Shown piece after piece: positions 44,630-52,569 of a DNA stretch of 64,000 nucleotides. The notes below the pieces were generated by a model, which was not told where the DNA came from, searched no databases, and saw nothing but the letters and a program-made list of their open reading frames with translations. Source of the stretch: a virus; IMG/VR virus record IMGVR_UViG_3300045988_137040; one strand, given 5' to 3'. Position 1 is the first letter of the stretch. Each line of letters begins with the position of its first letter. The translations under genes and the position numbers were made by a program.

Positions 44630-44938
44630 TTATGCGACCTTAGTGTCTAAGTCCTTCATCATACCCTCGGCCACTACTTCCGTAGGGGTAGAGCCGTCGG
44701 GGGTGGCGATGATGGCATAGTGGGCATCGTCACGGGTCAGTGTACGAAAGAGCCATTGAAGGTTTTTCTCAATGGCCTGCTTACGCCACCCTGCGAGATA
44801 CTTTAGAGCCGTGGACGCTCGTTTGCATGCAACACGGTTGAAATCGAGGTCGATGGTCTCACCATTCGACAGACGCGATGCGTCAAGATAGGTAGGAGCA
44901 CCATACCAGTGCTCTACGATAAATGTCTGTTTACCCAT
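44630..44938 (-). CDS. hypothetical protein
   Basis: The track ORF runs to 45091. The ATG at 44938 (MGKQTFIVEHW...) avoids the hairpin and the upstream gene. Confidence 0.6.
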   Translation of the reverse strand: MGKQTFIVEHWYGAPTYLDASRLSNGETIDLDFNRVACKRASTALKYLAGWRKQAIEKNLQWLFRTLTRDDAHYAIIATPDGSTPTEVVAEGMMKDLDTKVA

Positions 44939-44953
44939 GGAATTTGATTTAGG

Positions 44954-44989
44954 GTCGCTACGCTCCAACGGATTAGGAGCGATAGCGAC
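44954..44989. repeat. short palindrome related to the termini of the long repeats
   Basis: GTCGCTACGCTCC-9 nt-GGAGCGATAGCGAC. It shares the GGTCGCTACGCT box. Confidence 0.7.
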
Positions 44990-44999
44990 AAATGAAATA

Positions 45000-45242
45000 C
45001 TATGCGATGAGTCCTCCGAATGGGTCATCATCGGGGTGTACACTCTGCACGTCTGCGATGATGGCACGTGCCTGACGTGCGCCACCCTCACGTGCGATGT
45101 CCTGCAGGGCTGCCTTGGCAGCCTCCGTTTCCTCAGCCGTTAGGCCGAGGTTCATAGCCATGGCAGCAGTGGCAGCTGCGATGGACATGCGTTTAACACT
45201 TTTGCGAATAAGGCTCTTGCGAAAATCAAACTTGATAATCAT
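45000..45242 (-). CDS. hypothetical protein
   Basis: 80-aa ORF. Confidence 0.55.
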   Translation of the reverse strand: MIIKFDFRKSLIRKSVKRMSIAAATAAMAMNLGLTAEETEAAKAALQDIAREGGARQARAIIADVQSVHPDDDPFGGLIA

Positions 45243-45277
45243 AGCGATAAGTTTTTGAAAGTTGATACGAATAGATA

Positions 45278-45499
45278 TTAGTCGAGGGTGATATTACACG
45301 CATGGGCGACATGCTCCAAAGCGAGGAACACCACCACGCCAACACATACGGTCACGATAGCGTCGGGGAACACCCAGAACCCCGTGAGGTCGAGATAATC
45401 AACCATGAAGTTGGCCACCAAAACGGCTGCATAGATAGCCGCGCCAAGATTTGCCGCGATGACCACGATAGCCATAGCTACACGAACGATTTTCTTCAT
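45278..45499 (-). CDS. small membrane protein
   Basis: 73 aa with two hydrophobic helices. The start abuts the TTTTTGAAAGTT box. Confidence 0.6.
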   Translation of the reverse strand: MKKIVRVAMAIVVIAANLGAAIYAAVLVANFMVDYLDLTGFWVFPDAIVTVCVGVVVFLALEHVAHACNITLD

Positions 45500-45541
45500 T
45501 TTTTGAAAGTTAAGTGTTTGTTTACTCTGTTACTTTGTCTC

Positions 45542-45760
45542 TTAGGCGACGTTGCTCATGTCGTCGTGGTGCATATCCTTGCGGATAGCACGATGGTCGT
45601 CCTCGTCGACGTCGAAAGCACCGACAACGCAGCCCACAACAAAAAGCACCGTGACAGTCACGGCAATGACAGCATTGTCGCTCCAGTCGAGCATGATAGC
45701 GGCAACGCCTGCGTTCATGGCCACGATGATGGTCACGAACATACGAAGTATAGTTTTCAT
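45542..45760 (-). CDS. small membrane protein
   Basis: The ATG at 45760 (MKTILRMFVTIIVAMNAGVAAIML...) is chosen. The track ORF runs to 45823. Confidence 0.55.
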   Translation of the reverse strand: MKTILRMFVTIIVAMNAGVAAIMLDWSDNAVIAVTVTVLFVVGCVVGAFDVDEDDHRAIRKDMHHDDMSNVA

Positions 45761-45773
45761 AAGCGAATAAGAT

Positions 45774-45977
45774 TTAGTCGAAATCGAAAGCGGACTCGAT
45801 AAAAGTCCGCAACTTAGTCTCACTCCACCTGCACCCTAAATCCCGGGCGAAAGCGTATAAGATATTCTTCACCTGCACCTCGGTGTAGGTGCGCTCGTTC
45901 CTAAGCTGCTGAAACTTGGGGACGAGCTTTATAACCAGTGCTTTTTCTGCCATAGCGATATTACTCAAGCAGGGCAT
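45774..45977 (-). CDS. hypothetical small protein
   Basis: 67-aa ORF. Confidence 0.5.
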   Translation of the reverse strand: MPCLSNIAMAEKALVIKLVPKFQQLRNERTYTEVQVKNILYAFARDLGCRWSETKLRTFIESAFDFD

Positions 45978-46017
45978 TAAGCAACCATGATGCGTTCATA
46001 GTCTGTCCTCCGATAGT

Positions 46018-46245
46018 TTATTTTTTGAATGGATATTTATATAATCCCAGTAAAACGAACCACGAGACAGCGCAGCTTATTACACAGCCCAATGGCAAAA
46101 AGGCCAGGCACCACGCGCCCTTGATTGATAGCTCGTCCTCTATCCAATGGCACACCAGCGCACCCACATAGAGCGAGCAGAGACCTATTACCATCATAGT
46201 TGCAATGAATGATACCATGGATACGATTGATAAAAACTTCTTCAT
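46018..46245 (-). CDS. small membrane protein
   Basis: 75 aa with 2-3 hydrophobic helices. Confidence 0.6.
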   Translation of the reverse strand: MKKFLSIVSMVSFIATMMVIGLCSLYVGALVCHWIEDELSIKGAWCLAFLPLGCVISCAVSWFVLLGLYKYPFKK

Positions 46246-46263
46246 TGTTTTGTCCTCCGAAAA

Positions 46264-46686
46264 TTAAAAAATTCTACTTTTGCAAACACAGGTAACACGG
46301 CTACCTGCAAATCTCTTCACCACGATACGACGGGCAACAGTGCCCATCTTTTCGCTTGATACTTTGTTTTTGGCCTTCTTTGGCTGACGCACCCCCTGCC
46401 CATAGAAGAACATCTGTTTGGTGCTCTCTTTGCGCATAGGCTCCGGCATCGTCTCACGGCGCACCGCCCGACGGCTGCCCTCCAGAGAAACGCCATGCTC
46501 ACCCCGACGGATAGCACGACGCTGCTCTCTCTCACGATAGGCACGCAAACGCTCTCTATTCGCTTTGCGCTGCTCTTTCCATGCAAGGCTTTTTGATAAG
46601 CGGATAGCCTCGTTACGCTCTTTCTTTTCCTCACGCTCTACCCACTCCGTGGGCAGGATAGCGCACAGGTCTGATAATGTTGTCAT
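46264..46686 (-). CDS. hypothetical basic protein
   Basis: The ATG at 46686 (MTTLSDLCAILP...) is chosen because the track ORF (to 46947) would run through the tRNA-like element. Confidence 0.6.
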   Translation of the reverse strand: MTTLSDLCAILPTEWVEREEKKERNEAIRLSKSLAWKEQRKANRERLRAYREREQRRAIRRGEHGVSLEGSRRAVRRETMPEPMRKESTKQMFFYGQGVRQPKKAKNKVSSEKMGTVARRIVVKRFAGSRVTCVCKSRIF

Positions 46687-46715
46687 AGTCGTAATTTTTT
46701 GAAAGTTATACAAAA

Positions 46716-46773
46716 GTTCCGTGTGGGGAATCGAACCCCATAGCACCTTTGCAGTGCCACACCATGCACGGAA
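46716..46773 (-). ncRNA. D-arm-less tRNA-like element (58 nt)
   Basis: Minus strand: TTCCGTG-CATGGTGT-GGCAC TGCAAAG GTGCT-A-TGGGG TTCGATT CCCCA-CACGGAA-C. It has a 7-bp acceptor stem, a canonical T arm and an anticodon-like arm, but no D arm. Confidence 0.5.
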
Positions 46774-46819
46774 AGCACACCCCCACCCCGTAGGGGATAG
46801 GGTGCATGATAGTGTTGCA

Positions 46820-47515
46820 TTAAGCAGCCTTCTTGCTGCTCTTGCGTGTGCTCTTGCGAGCGGACTTTTTAGCCTCCTTTTTTGCGCCCGTAGCAACCTC
46901 CTGCTTAGGCTGCTCTTCAACGAACATAGTCCACGTGCCATCAGCATCCTTCACGACGTGTGCCCACTGCTCCACCTTTTTGTCGGTAGATACGTTGACA
47001 TAGCCCTCCTTGATAGCGGCACACGCTTTCTCCGACTTGTCAATCTTTGCGAATGTGTCCTCCACAAAGACGCTCTGCTGCAAACCACGCAGAATGTTGG
47101 TCTGATTGACAACGACGGCGTTGTCAAACTTTTTCTTGTCGGTAGCACTCACCACAGGGCAAAGGGTCTGCACTGATACACGGGTGTACTTGCCCTCCAC
47201 TTTCTGCTGATAGAGCGGATATTCGTAGCCCATGAAGTTCACCATATAGGGCACACCATGTGCCATATACACCTGCCCGTCCTTCATCATGCGCCCGCTC
47301 CAAGCCGTGAAGATGTCCTTTGGCTTGTAGCTGTTCTTTGCCACGTGTACACCGAGGGACTGCATGAGTTCCAACGGGCGCACCTTCTCCTTGTCGCTGA
47401 TAGCCACGTAGCCACCGATGCCAGAGATAGCCTTGCACACCTGATTCCATGACATAGCCTTTGCAGCCATAGACTTAACACCATTGTTGATTGACTTTTT
47501 GCTTGTGATAATCAT
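46820..47515 (-). CDS. hypothetical protein with a Lys-rich basic C-terminal tail
   Basis: 231 aa. It is the first gene of the long minus-strand block. The tail reads KKEAKKSARKSTRKSSKKAA. Confidence 0.7.
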   Translation of the reverse strand: MIITSKKSINNGVKSMAAKAMSWNQVCKAISGIGGYVAISDKEKVRPLELMQSLGVHVAKNSYKPKDIFTAWSGRMMKDGQVYMAHGVPYMVNFMGYEYPLYQQKVEGKYTRVSVQTLCPVVSATDKKKFDNAVVVNQTNILRGLQQSVFVEDTFAKIDKSEKACAAIKEGYVNVSTDKKVEQWAHVVKDADGTWTMFVEEQPKQEVATGAKKEAKKSARKSTRKSSKKAA

Positions 47516-48016
47516 AATCGTAAATTTTGAAGTGAAATATTATTGTTAGCCCCTAACTCAAGGGAATTGAACCCAAGACACCCAAAGGGTGCAACCATTT
47601 AGGGATAGTACCTGCCCCCTGCTTATTTCCATAGTCTGTTTTTCGCTTTCCCTTTTGCACTCCGTGCTTTCCGTGTTTTCTTTTGCAAGAACTTTGCACT
47701 TATTAAGGGAGACAAAATTGCATACAAAAGCAATTTAATGCGATTACCCTTAACGTTACTCGCTGAAACATAGCTATTTATTAAGCGTTTAGCAACTTTT
47801 CTAACACGTACTACAAAGACACTTATCCTGCATACACCGGGTTATGGTACCCTCCGGTATATTGCTTTCGGCCGGCGTAAAAACGCACCCAAACTATTAA
47901 GTAGGCTTACACTCTATTACAAGTGTAACATTGCAGGCAGTCTATCCCCCCCTCCGTGTCGTATGTAAGTAAGTCAAAGATCGCTAGCAAAACATTTTGT
48001 TTCTGTGTTACGTTTG

Positions 48017-48048
48017 CAAAGGTATAACACTTTTTGTTACCCCGCAAA
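48017..48048 (-). promoter_or_regulatory. Bacteroidota-type promoter for the long minus-strand block
   Basis: The minus strand reads TTTG-N20-TACCTTTG, an exact -33/-7 consensus with canonical spacing. It implies a ~490-nt leader before the ATG at 47515. Confidence 0.55.
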
Positions 48049-48208
48049 TGTTTTTTGGGTTTTAACATGAAATTAACATAATCTTTTTTGTTCACCTTAT
48101 TATATAGGGAATTAAGGGTTGTTAACAGTTGTACTGACTACTTGCATACGTACATATTTATCGCGCGCACGTACCTATTAAGCGAAAAAAGTTCATCTCT
48201 GGTTATCC

Positions 48209-48256
48209 ACACACCACACCAACACCACACCAACACCACACCAACACCACACACAC
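48209..48256. repeat. 11-bp tandem repeat (CACCACACCAA), about 4 copies
   Basis: Read directly from the sequence in a non-coding region. Confidence 0.8.
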
Positions 48257-48399
48257 TACCTTTGCATATTTACGGCAACCGCCTGAGAGAGAGCAGCCCC
48301 CCACCGCGTAGCGAGGCGCGCGCTGTTCTTTTCAAAAAAAAAAGAATTTGAAACATTTTTTTGCGACATGTTACAAAAAAAGAGGATTGGCAAAAAAAC

Positions 48400-48440
48400 A
48401 AAAGGCAATCCGCAAGAAAACTGCGGATTGCCTTTTGTTT
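48400..48440. terminator. bidirectional intrinsic terminator
   Basis: GGCAATCCGCA/TGCGGATTGCC 11-bp stem flanked by A-runs and T-runs on both sides. It lies 72 nt downstream of the stop at 48512. Confidence 0.8.
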
Positions 48441-48511
48441 CAAAACGAATAGGAAAGTTTAAGTCCTATTCATTGACAGCGACGATTTCGCAAATGGAAA
48501 CCACCACCTTA

Positions 48512-49060
48512 TTATTTAGAGCTGCTTGAACTGCTGTTGTCAAAAGCGTTTTCGTCAGGCACAACTTCCACATTCTCCAAGAAACCGACTATAGACATAA
48601 TCTCCACATTGATAATATCGACATCATCTTCACTGATATTACCATAGTTGTTACTTGACGGGCCACCAAAAATCATGCGTTTCTTCGTCTTACTCCAGCC
48701 CAACATGCGTTCCATGAGAGCCGTGGCGTTAAGATATTTACCTAACTGGTTGATTGGCTCTATCATGCCTGGATCATAGGTGCGTCCATGCTTATTGGTG
48801 TACATCTTGTCAGTACCAAAGTGCAATAGACAACCACGCAACTCATTGGCAAAAACATGGAGTGCATCATTGAGCTTCTGAATATTCTCAACCGTGAAGT
48901 AGCGAGGATTGCCGTGCCGGTTCGGGCGATGGCAGAAATCAGAGAGAACTGTAGAGGGGGTACTGCCCATCAACTCCGCAATGCGAGACATCTTTATGCC
49001 ATGTTCAAGAATAAACTTGTACAATGTGTCTTGAGACACTTTCATTTTTTCCTTATTCAT
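48512..49060 (-). CDS. putative HTH DNA-binding regulator
   Basis: 182 aa. The N-terminus GIKMSRIAELMGSTPSTVLSDF is HTH-like. It is a monocistronic unit with its own promoter and terminator. Confidence 0.5.
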   Translation of the reverse strand: MNKEKMKVSQDTLYKFILEHGIKMSRIAELMGSTPSTVLSDFCHRPNRHGNPRYFTVENIQKLNDALHVFANELRGCLLHFGTDKMYTNKHGRTYDPGMIEPINQLGKYLNATALMERMLGWSKTKKRMIFGGPSSNNYGNISEDDVDIINVEIMSIVGFLENVEVVPDENAFDNSSSSSSK

Positions 49061-49086
49061 ATTGTTGTAGCTTTATTTTTCATTTG

Positions 49087-49118
49087 CAAATGTACAACAT
49101 TTTCTTTTCACCTCCAAA
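49087..49118 (-). promoter_or_regulatory. Bacteroidota-type promoter
   Basis: The minus strand reads TTTG-N20-TACATTTG, ending 27 nt upstream of the ATG at 49060. It overlaps the perfect palindrome CATTTGCAAATG. Confidence 0.6.
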
Positions 49119-49395
49119 CAATCTCGCAAATTTTTTTCACTGACCCCCTCATTTTTAACAATTATACAATGTTTTTATTTCACCCTAATTTGTCCTATTA
49201 AAATTTATATATCATCCATTAATTCTTTTACTATAATGTCTATTTTCTGAAAAACATAGTTCTGTTTGCTGGAAATCATAGTTGTGAATCTCCTAAGCCA
49301 CTATTGTGACTTCCCGGGCGCTCCATCGTCGGAATGGTGAAAGAGTGTGAAAGGTATGGGTCAAACTTGTTTTTCAACTCCTAATTCCTCACTTC

Positions 49396-49893
49396 TCACT
49401 GCTCACTCTCCTGCTTTCCCATCACTACCCGACTTCTGAGGTTGCTGTCCTTGGGGTTGTCGAGCTCCACCAGTCCGTCCATGGCGATGAATATTTTCTT
49501 CTTCTTCCCTTTTGACTCAATGGCCTTGCGGACCCGGATGCCGCGCTCGCCGGGGAAGAGGGCGAAGGCCTCATGGGTGGGGTCAAAGTGTGACTCAGCC
49601 ACCTCACGTTTGAGGTTGTTGGCAGGCAGGAACTTCACGATGAGACGTGGCGGCAGCTCCACCATGCGTGTGGTGCCGTCTTTCTCGATACGCTTATAAT
49701 GGCGTGCAGGACGCTGGCGCACGACGAAGGTGCCGAAGCTCTCCACCGTCACGCAGCGGTAGTTGCCCTCGCAGAGCATATACCGCATCTCGTCGAAGAG
49801 GGCAGGGAGCACCACCTGGCAAGTGGCGATGCTGATACCACTGCGTTTAGATACGGCCTGCGCAAGCCTGTATAGGTACTTCTTCGGTTCCAT
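49396..49893 (-). CDS. HU/IHF-family DNA-binding protein (long Bacteroidota type)
   Basis: VESFGTFVVRQRPARHYKRIEKDGTTRMVELPPRLIVKFLPANNLKREV is the HU beta-arm pattern. Confidence 0.65.
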   Translation of the reverse strand: MEPKKYLYRLAQAVSKRSGISIATCQVVLPALFDEMRYMLCEGNYRCVTVESFGTFVVRQRPARHYKRIEKDGTTRMVELPPRLIVKFLPANNLKREVAESHFDPTHEAFALFPGERGIRVRKAIESKGKKKKIFIAMDGLVELDNPKDSNLRSRVVMGKQESEQ

Positions 49894-49925
49894 GAGCTAA
49901 TCAAGAAAAAGAGTTGTTGACGATA

Positions 49926-50753
49926 TTAATAATTGCTAATCGTGTGGGACAAATGGCGGTTCAGCTCCACATATAACATGACAGCATAGCTTGCCATGTC
50001 CTTCAACGTGTCCATCAGACTCTCGTCTTTGACTTCCGCCTTGCCATTCTTCACAAGACTCTTCACACGCTCCATCTTATCATTAAGGCGTACAACACCG
50101 GCAGTAACACCGAACTCCTCGAAGCTCTTGTGGAACGCATCACCGTAGTCCTTGTTCTTCTTGGCGTGAAGGTCTCTCATTTCATTGAGAACGGACTCAA
50201 AGGTGTCGGATTCGATACCTTTTGTTTTGCCATGCGAGTACTCTTTCTCTTTGTTGCTTGCCATCTCTTTCAATCCATCAGAGAGCTTGACTTCCTCGTG
50301 GGTCTTTTCATAGCCTTTGCAAAGGTTGTCAATCTTTATATGGGCTGGGGTGATACATACTCCTGCGTCCAAAGATGGCGCTGATCTAAAGACATCCTTA
50401 AAGCCTTTGAAGAACTCATCACGACCGTCAAGAGCCTCCTTGAGGATATTGCTCATGCCTTCCCTGTCAATGCCTTTGCAGTCGTCTTCCTGCACTTCCT
50501 CAAAGGTCTTTCTGAAAGTGGCATCCTTGTAGAACTGAAAGGTTTTGCCATTTCTCACAACCCATCCGAACTTAGGAACGACAACATTAAAATTACGCCC
50601 CTTAAGGTCTGCGTAGGATATATTAAGGTTGCCGGAATGGTCGTCCAGCGTACGATAGGACTTGGTAGTAGGACTGATAAAATTAGAGACTTCTTTCTGG
50701 TTGTCCCCCTTCCACTGGATAGCCTCTACTGGCGTTTTTCTCATGTACTTCAT
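49926..50753 (-). CDS. protein with a C-terminal DUF1599-like (MazG-related all-alpha) domain
   Basis: LHAKKNKDYGDAFHKSFEEFGVTAGVVRLNDKMERVKSLV...DESLMDTLKDMASYAVMLYVEL fits the K.DYG...R..DK..R...ES..D...D..NY pattern. Confidence 0.5.
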   Translation of the reverse strand: MKYMRKTPVEAIQWKGDNQKEVSNFISPTTKSYRTLDDHSGNLNISYADLKGRNFNVVVPKFGWVVRNGKTFQFYKDATFRKTFEEVQEDDCKGIDREGMSNILKEALDGRDEFFKGFKDVFRSAPSLDAGVCITPAHIKIDNLCKGYEKTHEEVKLSDGLKEMASNKEKEYSHGKTKGIESDTFESVLNEMRDLHAKKNKDYGDAFHKSFEEFGVTAGVVRLNDKMERVKSLVKNGKAEVKDESLMDTLKDMASYAVMLYVELNRHLSHTISNY

Positions 50754-50804
50754 AAGCTATTATAATTATTCATGTATGTTGTATTACTCATGTATCTTCT
50801 TTCC

Positions 50805-51074
50805 TTAAACCACCAGTTCGTAATCGTCCGCCCTGATGATGCAGCAGTCACGCAGCCTTCTAGTTTGGCCGCTTTGCGTGAATTGGACGAGCCGTGAGGG
50901 ATAGGCTCCTGGACAATGAGGTGGCACGTCAACGCTAAGGGTGACCACTTCCTCACCACGAATACAGTCTCCGTTGGATGCCGCCACATACCACACCCTC
51001 CAAGGCATGCGCTCGTGGTTGGCGGTGAATCGCTCGGCAACACGCCGCAGTTCTGATAATGCAAGTTGCTTCAT
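50805..51074 (-). CDS. hypothetical protein
   Basis: 89-aa ORF. It is the first gene after the promoter at 51093-51124. Confidence 0.55.
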   Translation of the reverse strand: MKQLALSELRRVAERFTANHERMPWRVWYVAASNGDCIRGEEVVTLSVDVPPHCPGAYPSRLVQFTQSGQTRRLRDCCIIRADDYELVV

Positions 51075-51092
51075 GACATGAATTTTACGTCA

Positions 51093-51124
51093 CAAAGATA
51101 AGGCAACACGATAGCGATGGCAAG
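51093..51124 (-). promoter_or_regulatory. candidate Bacteroidota-type promoter
   Basis: The minus strand reads CTTG-N20-TATCTTTG, ending 18 nt upstream of the ATG at 51074. Confidence 0.45.
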
Positions 51125-51938
51125 GGCGTTTAGTACATAATGTACGAATTAGAATGTTGTCAACGAAAACGCCACTACCCCCAAAAGCTACAACAGGAGT
51201 AGTGGCGCGGACGGATATAATCTCGTTTCAACGTCGGTCGAAAACGAGGATAACGATGCAAGTCGTCTTATATCCGATAAAATTAGTGTTACTCAAGTGC
51301 AAAGGTACGAAGATTCACAAAGAACACAAACTTTGTTTCAACTTTAATTGGCCACGCCGATATTTAAGCTTACGGATAAGAGTACATAATATGTTGTTAA
51401 TCAGACGGTTAAATGGCATAAAGTATTTTGCCGTTTAAGTTGGTGGGTTCCGTTTTACTTTTTGTATATTGCTGATTTTCAACGGTTTACAAAAAAATTG
51501 CGCGGTTTTTAGTACATAGAATATATTTATTATTATTTTTTTATTTGAAATTTTAGCTTAAAATATATATTATATTATATAACTAATTGATAATCAACTT
51601 CTTTTCTTATTTTATAATACTATTCCTTTATTGATTGGGGTGCGGGGAATTTTCCGTATATGTACGATAAAAAATAATAGAGAGAGAAAGTTTCGGCAAA
51701 TATGGCATATTTCGCTAAAGTCGTGAGCAGTCGATTCGTAATTGCTTGATTTTCAAATGGTTTGAATGGAGAAAACTCGGTTCCACGGTTTTGGTTTTCT
51801 CCCACAAAGGCAGAGCCGATTTCTCGAAGCACCCCATAACCCACTGATTATCAATGCGTATTAAGCAATAAACGCGTTTAGGTGACAACTTAAAAAGATT
51901 TTAGTCCTTAAACGCACAGTCTTATCAGGTTTTTTGCG

Positions 51939-51946
51939 TATATTTG
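51939..51946 (+). promoter_or_regulatory. candidate -7 box (TATATTTG) for the 51980 gene
   Basis: A TAnnTTTG match lies 33 nt upstream of the ATG. No -33 TTTG is found at the expected spacing. Confidence 0.3.
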
Positions 51947-51979
51947 CACCAGACAAACAAAAGGCTACAATAACAACTG

Positions 51980-52558
51980 ATGGGACATATCTGCTGGCTA
52001 CGTATCACGGATTATATGCGAGGATGGGCTCGCATGGCTCTCGGAAACGGAAAGAGCGTGAAAGGCATTCCTGTGCTTGACATTAAGAGTCTTGACGGGA
52101 TGGAACAGGTACGGCTCATGTCTACCGACGATGAGCTGCCTGGAGATGGCGTGCCTGGCAACGTGATGTGTGACACGTGGCACGCGACACTGACGGCAGG
52201 GATAGAGATGGACCCATGGGGCATGGAACAGGAGTTCGGAATCACCAGCGAGGTTCTTGACCAGTACCTGCCGGTGGAGTGCCCAGATTATGCCGTAGGG
52301 CAGGATGGGGCAATACGTCCGTGGGATAACAACACCTGTTTCGGGAAGCAACAGGCCATAGCCATCCTACGGCTCGTCAGAGAGACTTTTTGGGCGTCAG
52401 TGGGCAACTATGCGTCTGAATACCGGAAAGTCCATTTTGGCACCAAATACGCGCAAATAGACATGCTTGAAAGCTTTTGCAAGGATTACCACATAGACGA
52501 CACGTGCATAGAAGCCATGAGGAGAGAATGGCAGAGGAGGAGTAAAAGGGGTGGCTGA
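51980..52558 (+). CDS. hypothetical protein
   Basis: 192-aa ORF, divergent from the regulatory block and convergent with the terminase gene. Confidence 0.65.
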   Translation: MGHICWLRITDYMRGWARMALGNGKSVKGIPVLDIKSLDGMEQVRLMSTDDELPGDGVPGNVMCDTWHATLTAGIEMDPWGMEQEFGITSEVLDQYLPVECPDYAVGQDGAIRPWDNNTCFGKQQAIAILRLVRETFWASVGNYASEYRKVHFGTKYAQIDMLESFCKDYHIDDTCIEAMRREWQRRSKRGG

Positions 52559-52569
52559 CCTCTATTCCC

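Noticed and set aside
46716-46773. Canonical tRNA gene (and tRNA genes at 37957-38003 and 47550-47620)
   Set aside because: The acceptor and T arms are good, but there is no D arm. The variable region is 1 nt and position 33 of the anticodon-like loop is G. The total length is 47-58 nt. They are reported as tRNA-like elements instead.
46716-46800. attP core / integration module next to the tRNA-like fragments
   Set aside because: No integrase or excisionase is recognisable anywhere in the window, and a par/rep plasmid module is present. The idea is kept only as an alternative explanation in the tRNA-like finding.
48088-48351. 87-aa + strand ORF (…HTPHQHHTNTTPTPHT…) and 47907..48095 (-)
   Set aside because: The first translates the 11-bp CACCACACCAA tandem repeat. 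The second starts upstream of the only consensus promoter. Neither has a plausible start context, and the region is treated as non-coding.
51154-51844. ORFs 51154..51438 (+) and 51620..51844 (-) in the AT-rich regulatory region
   Set aside because: Their composition is atypical and low-complexity, they have no coupling to neighbours, and they overlap the predicted promoter and AT-rich block.
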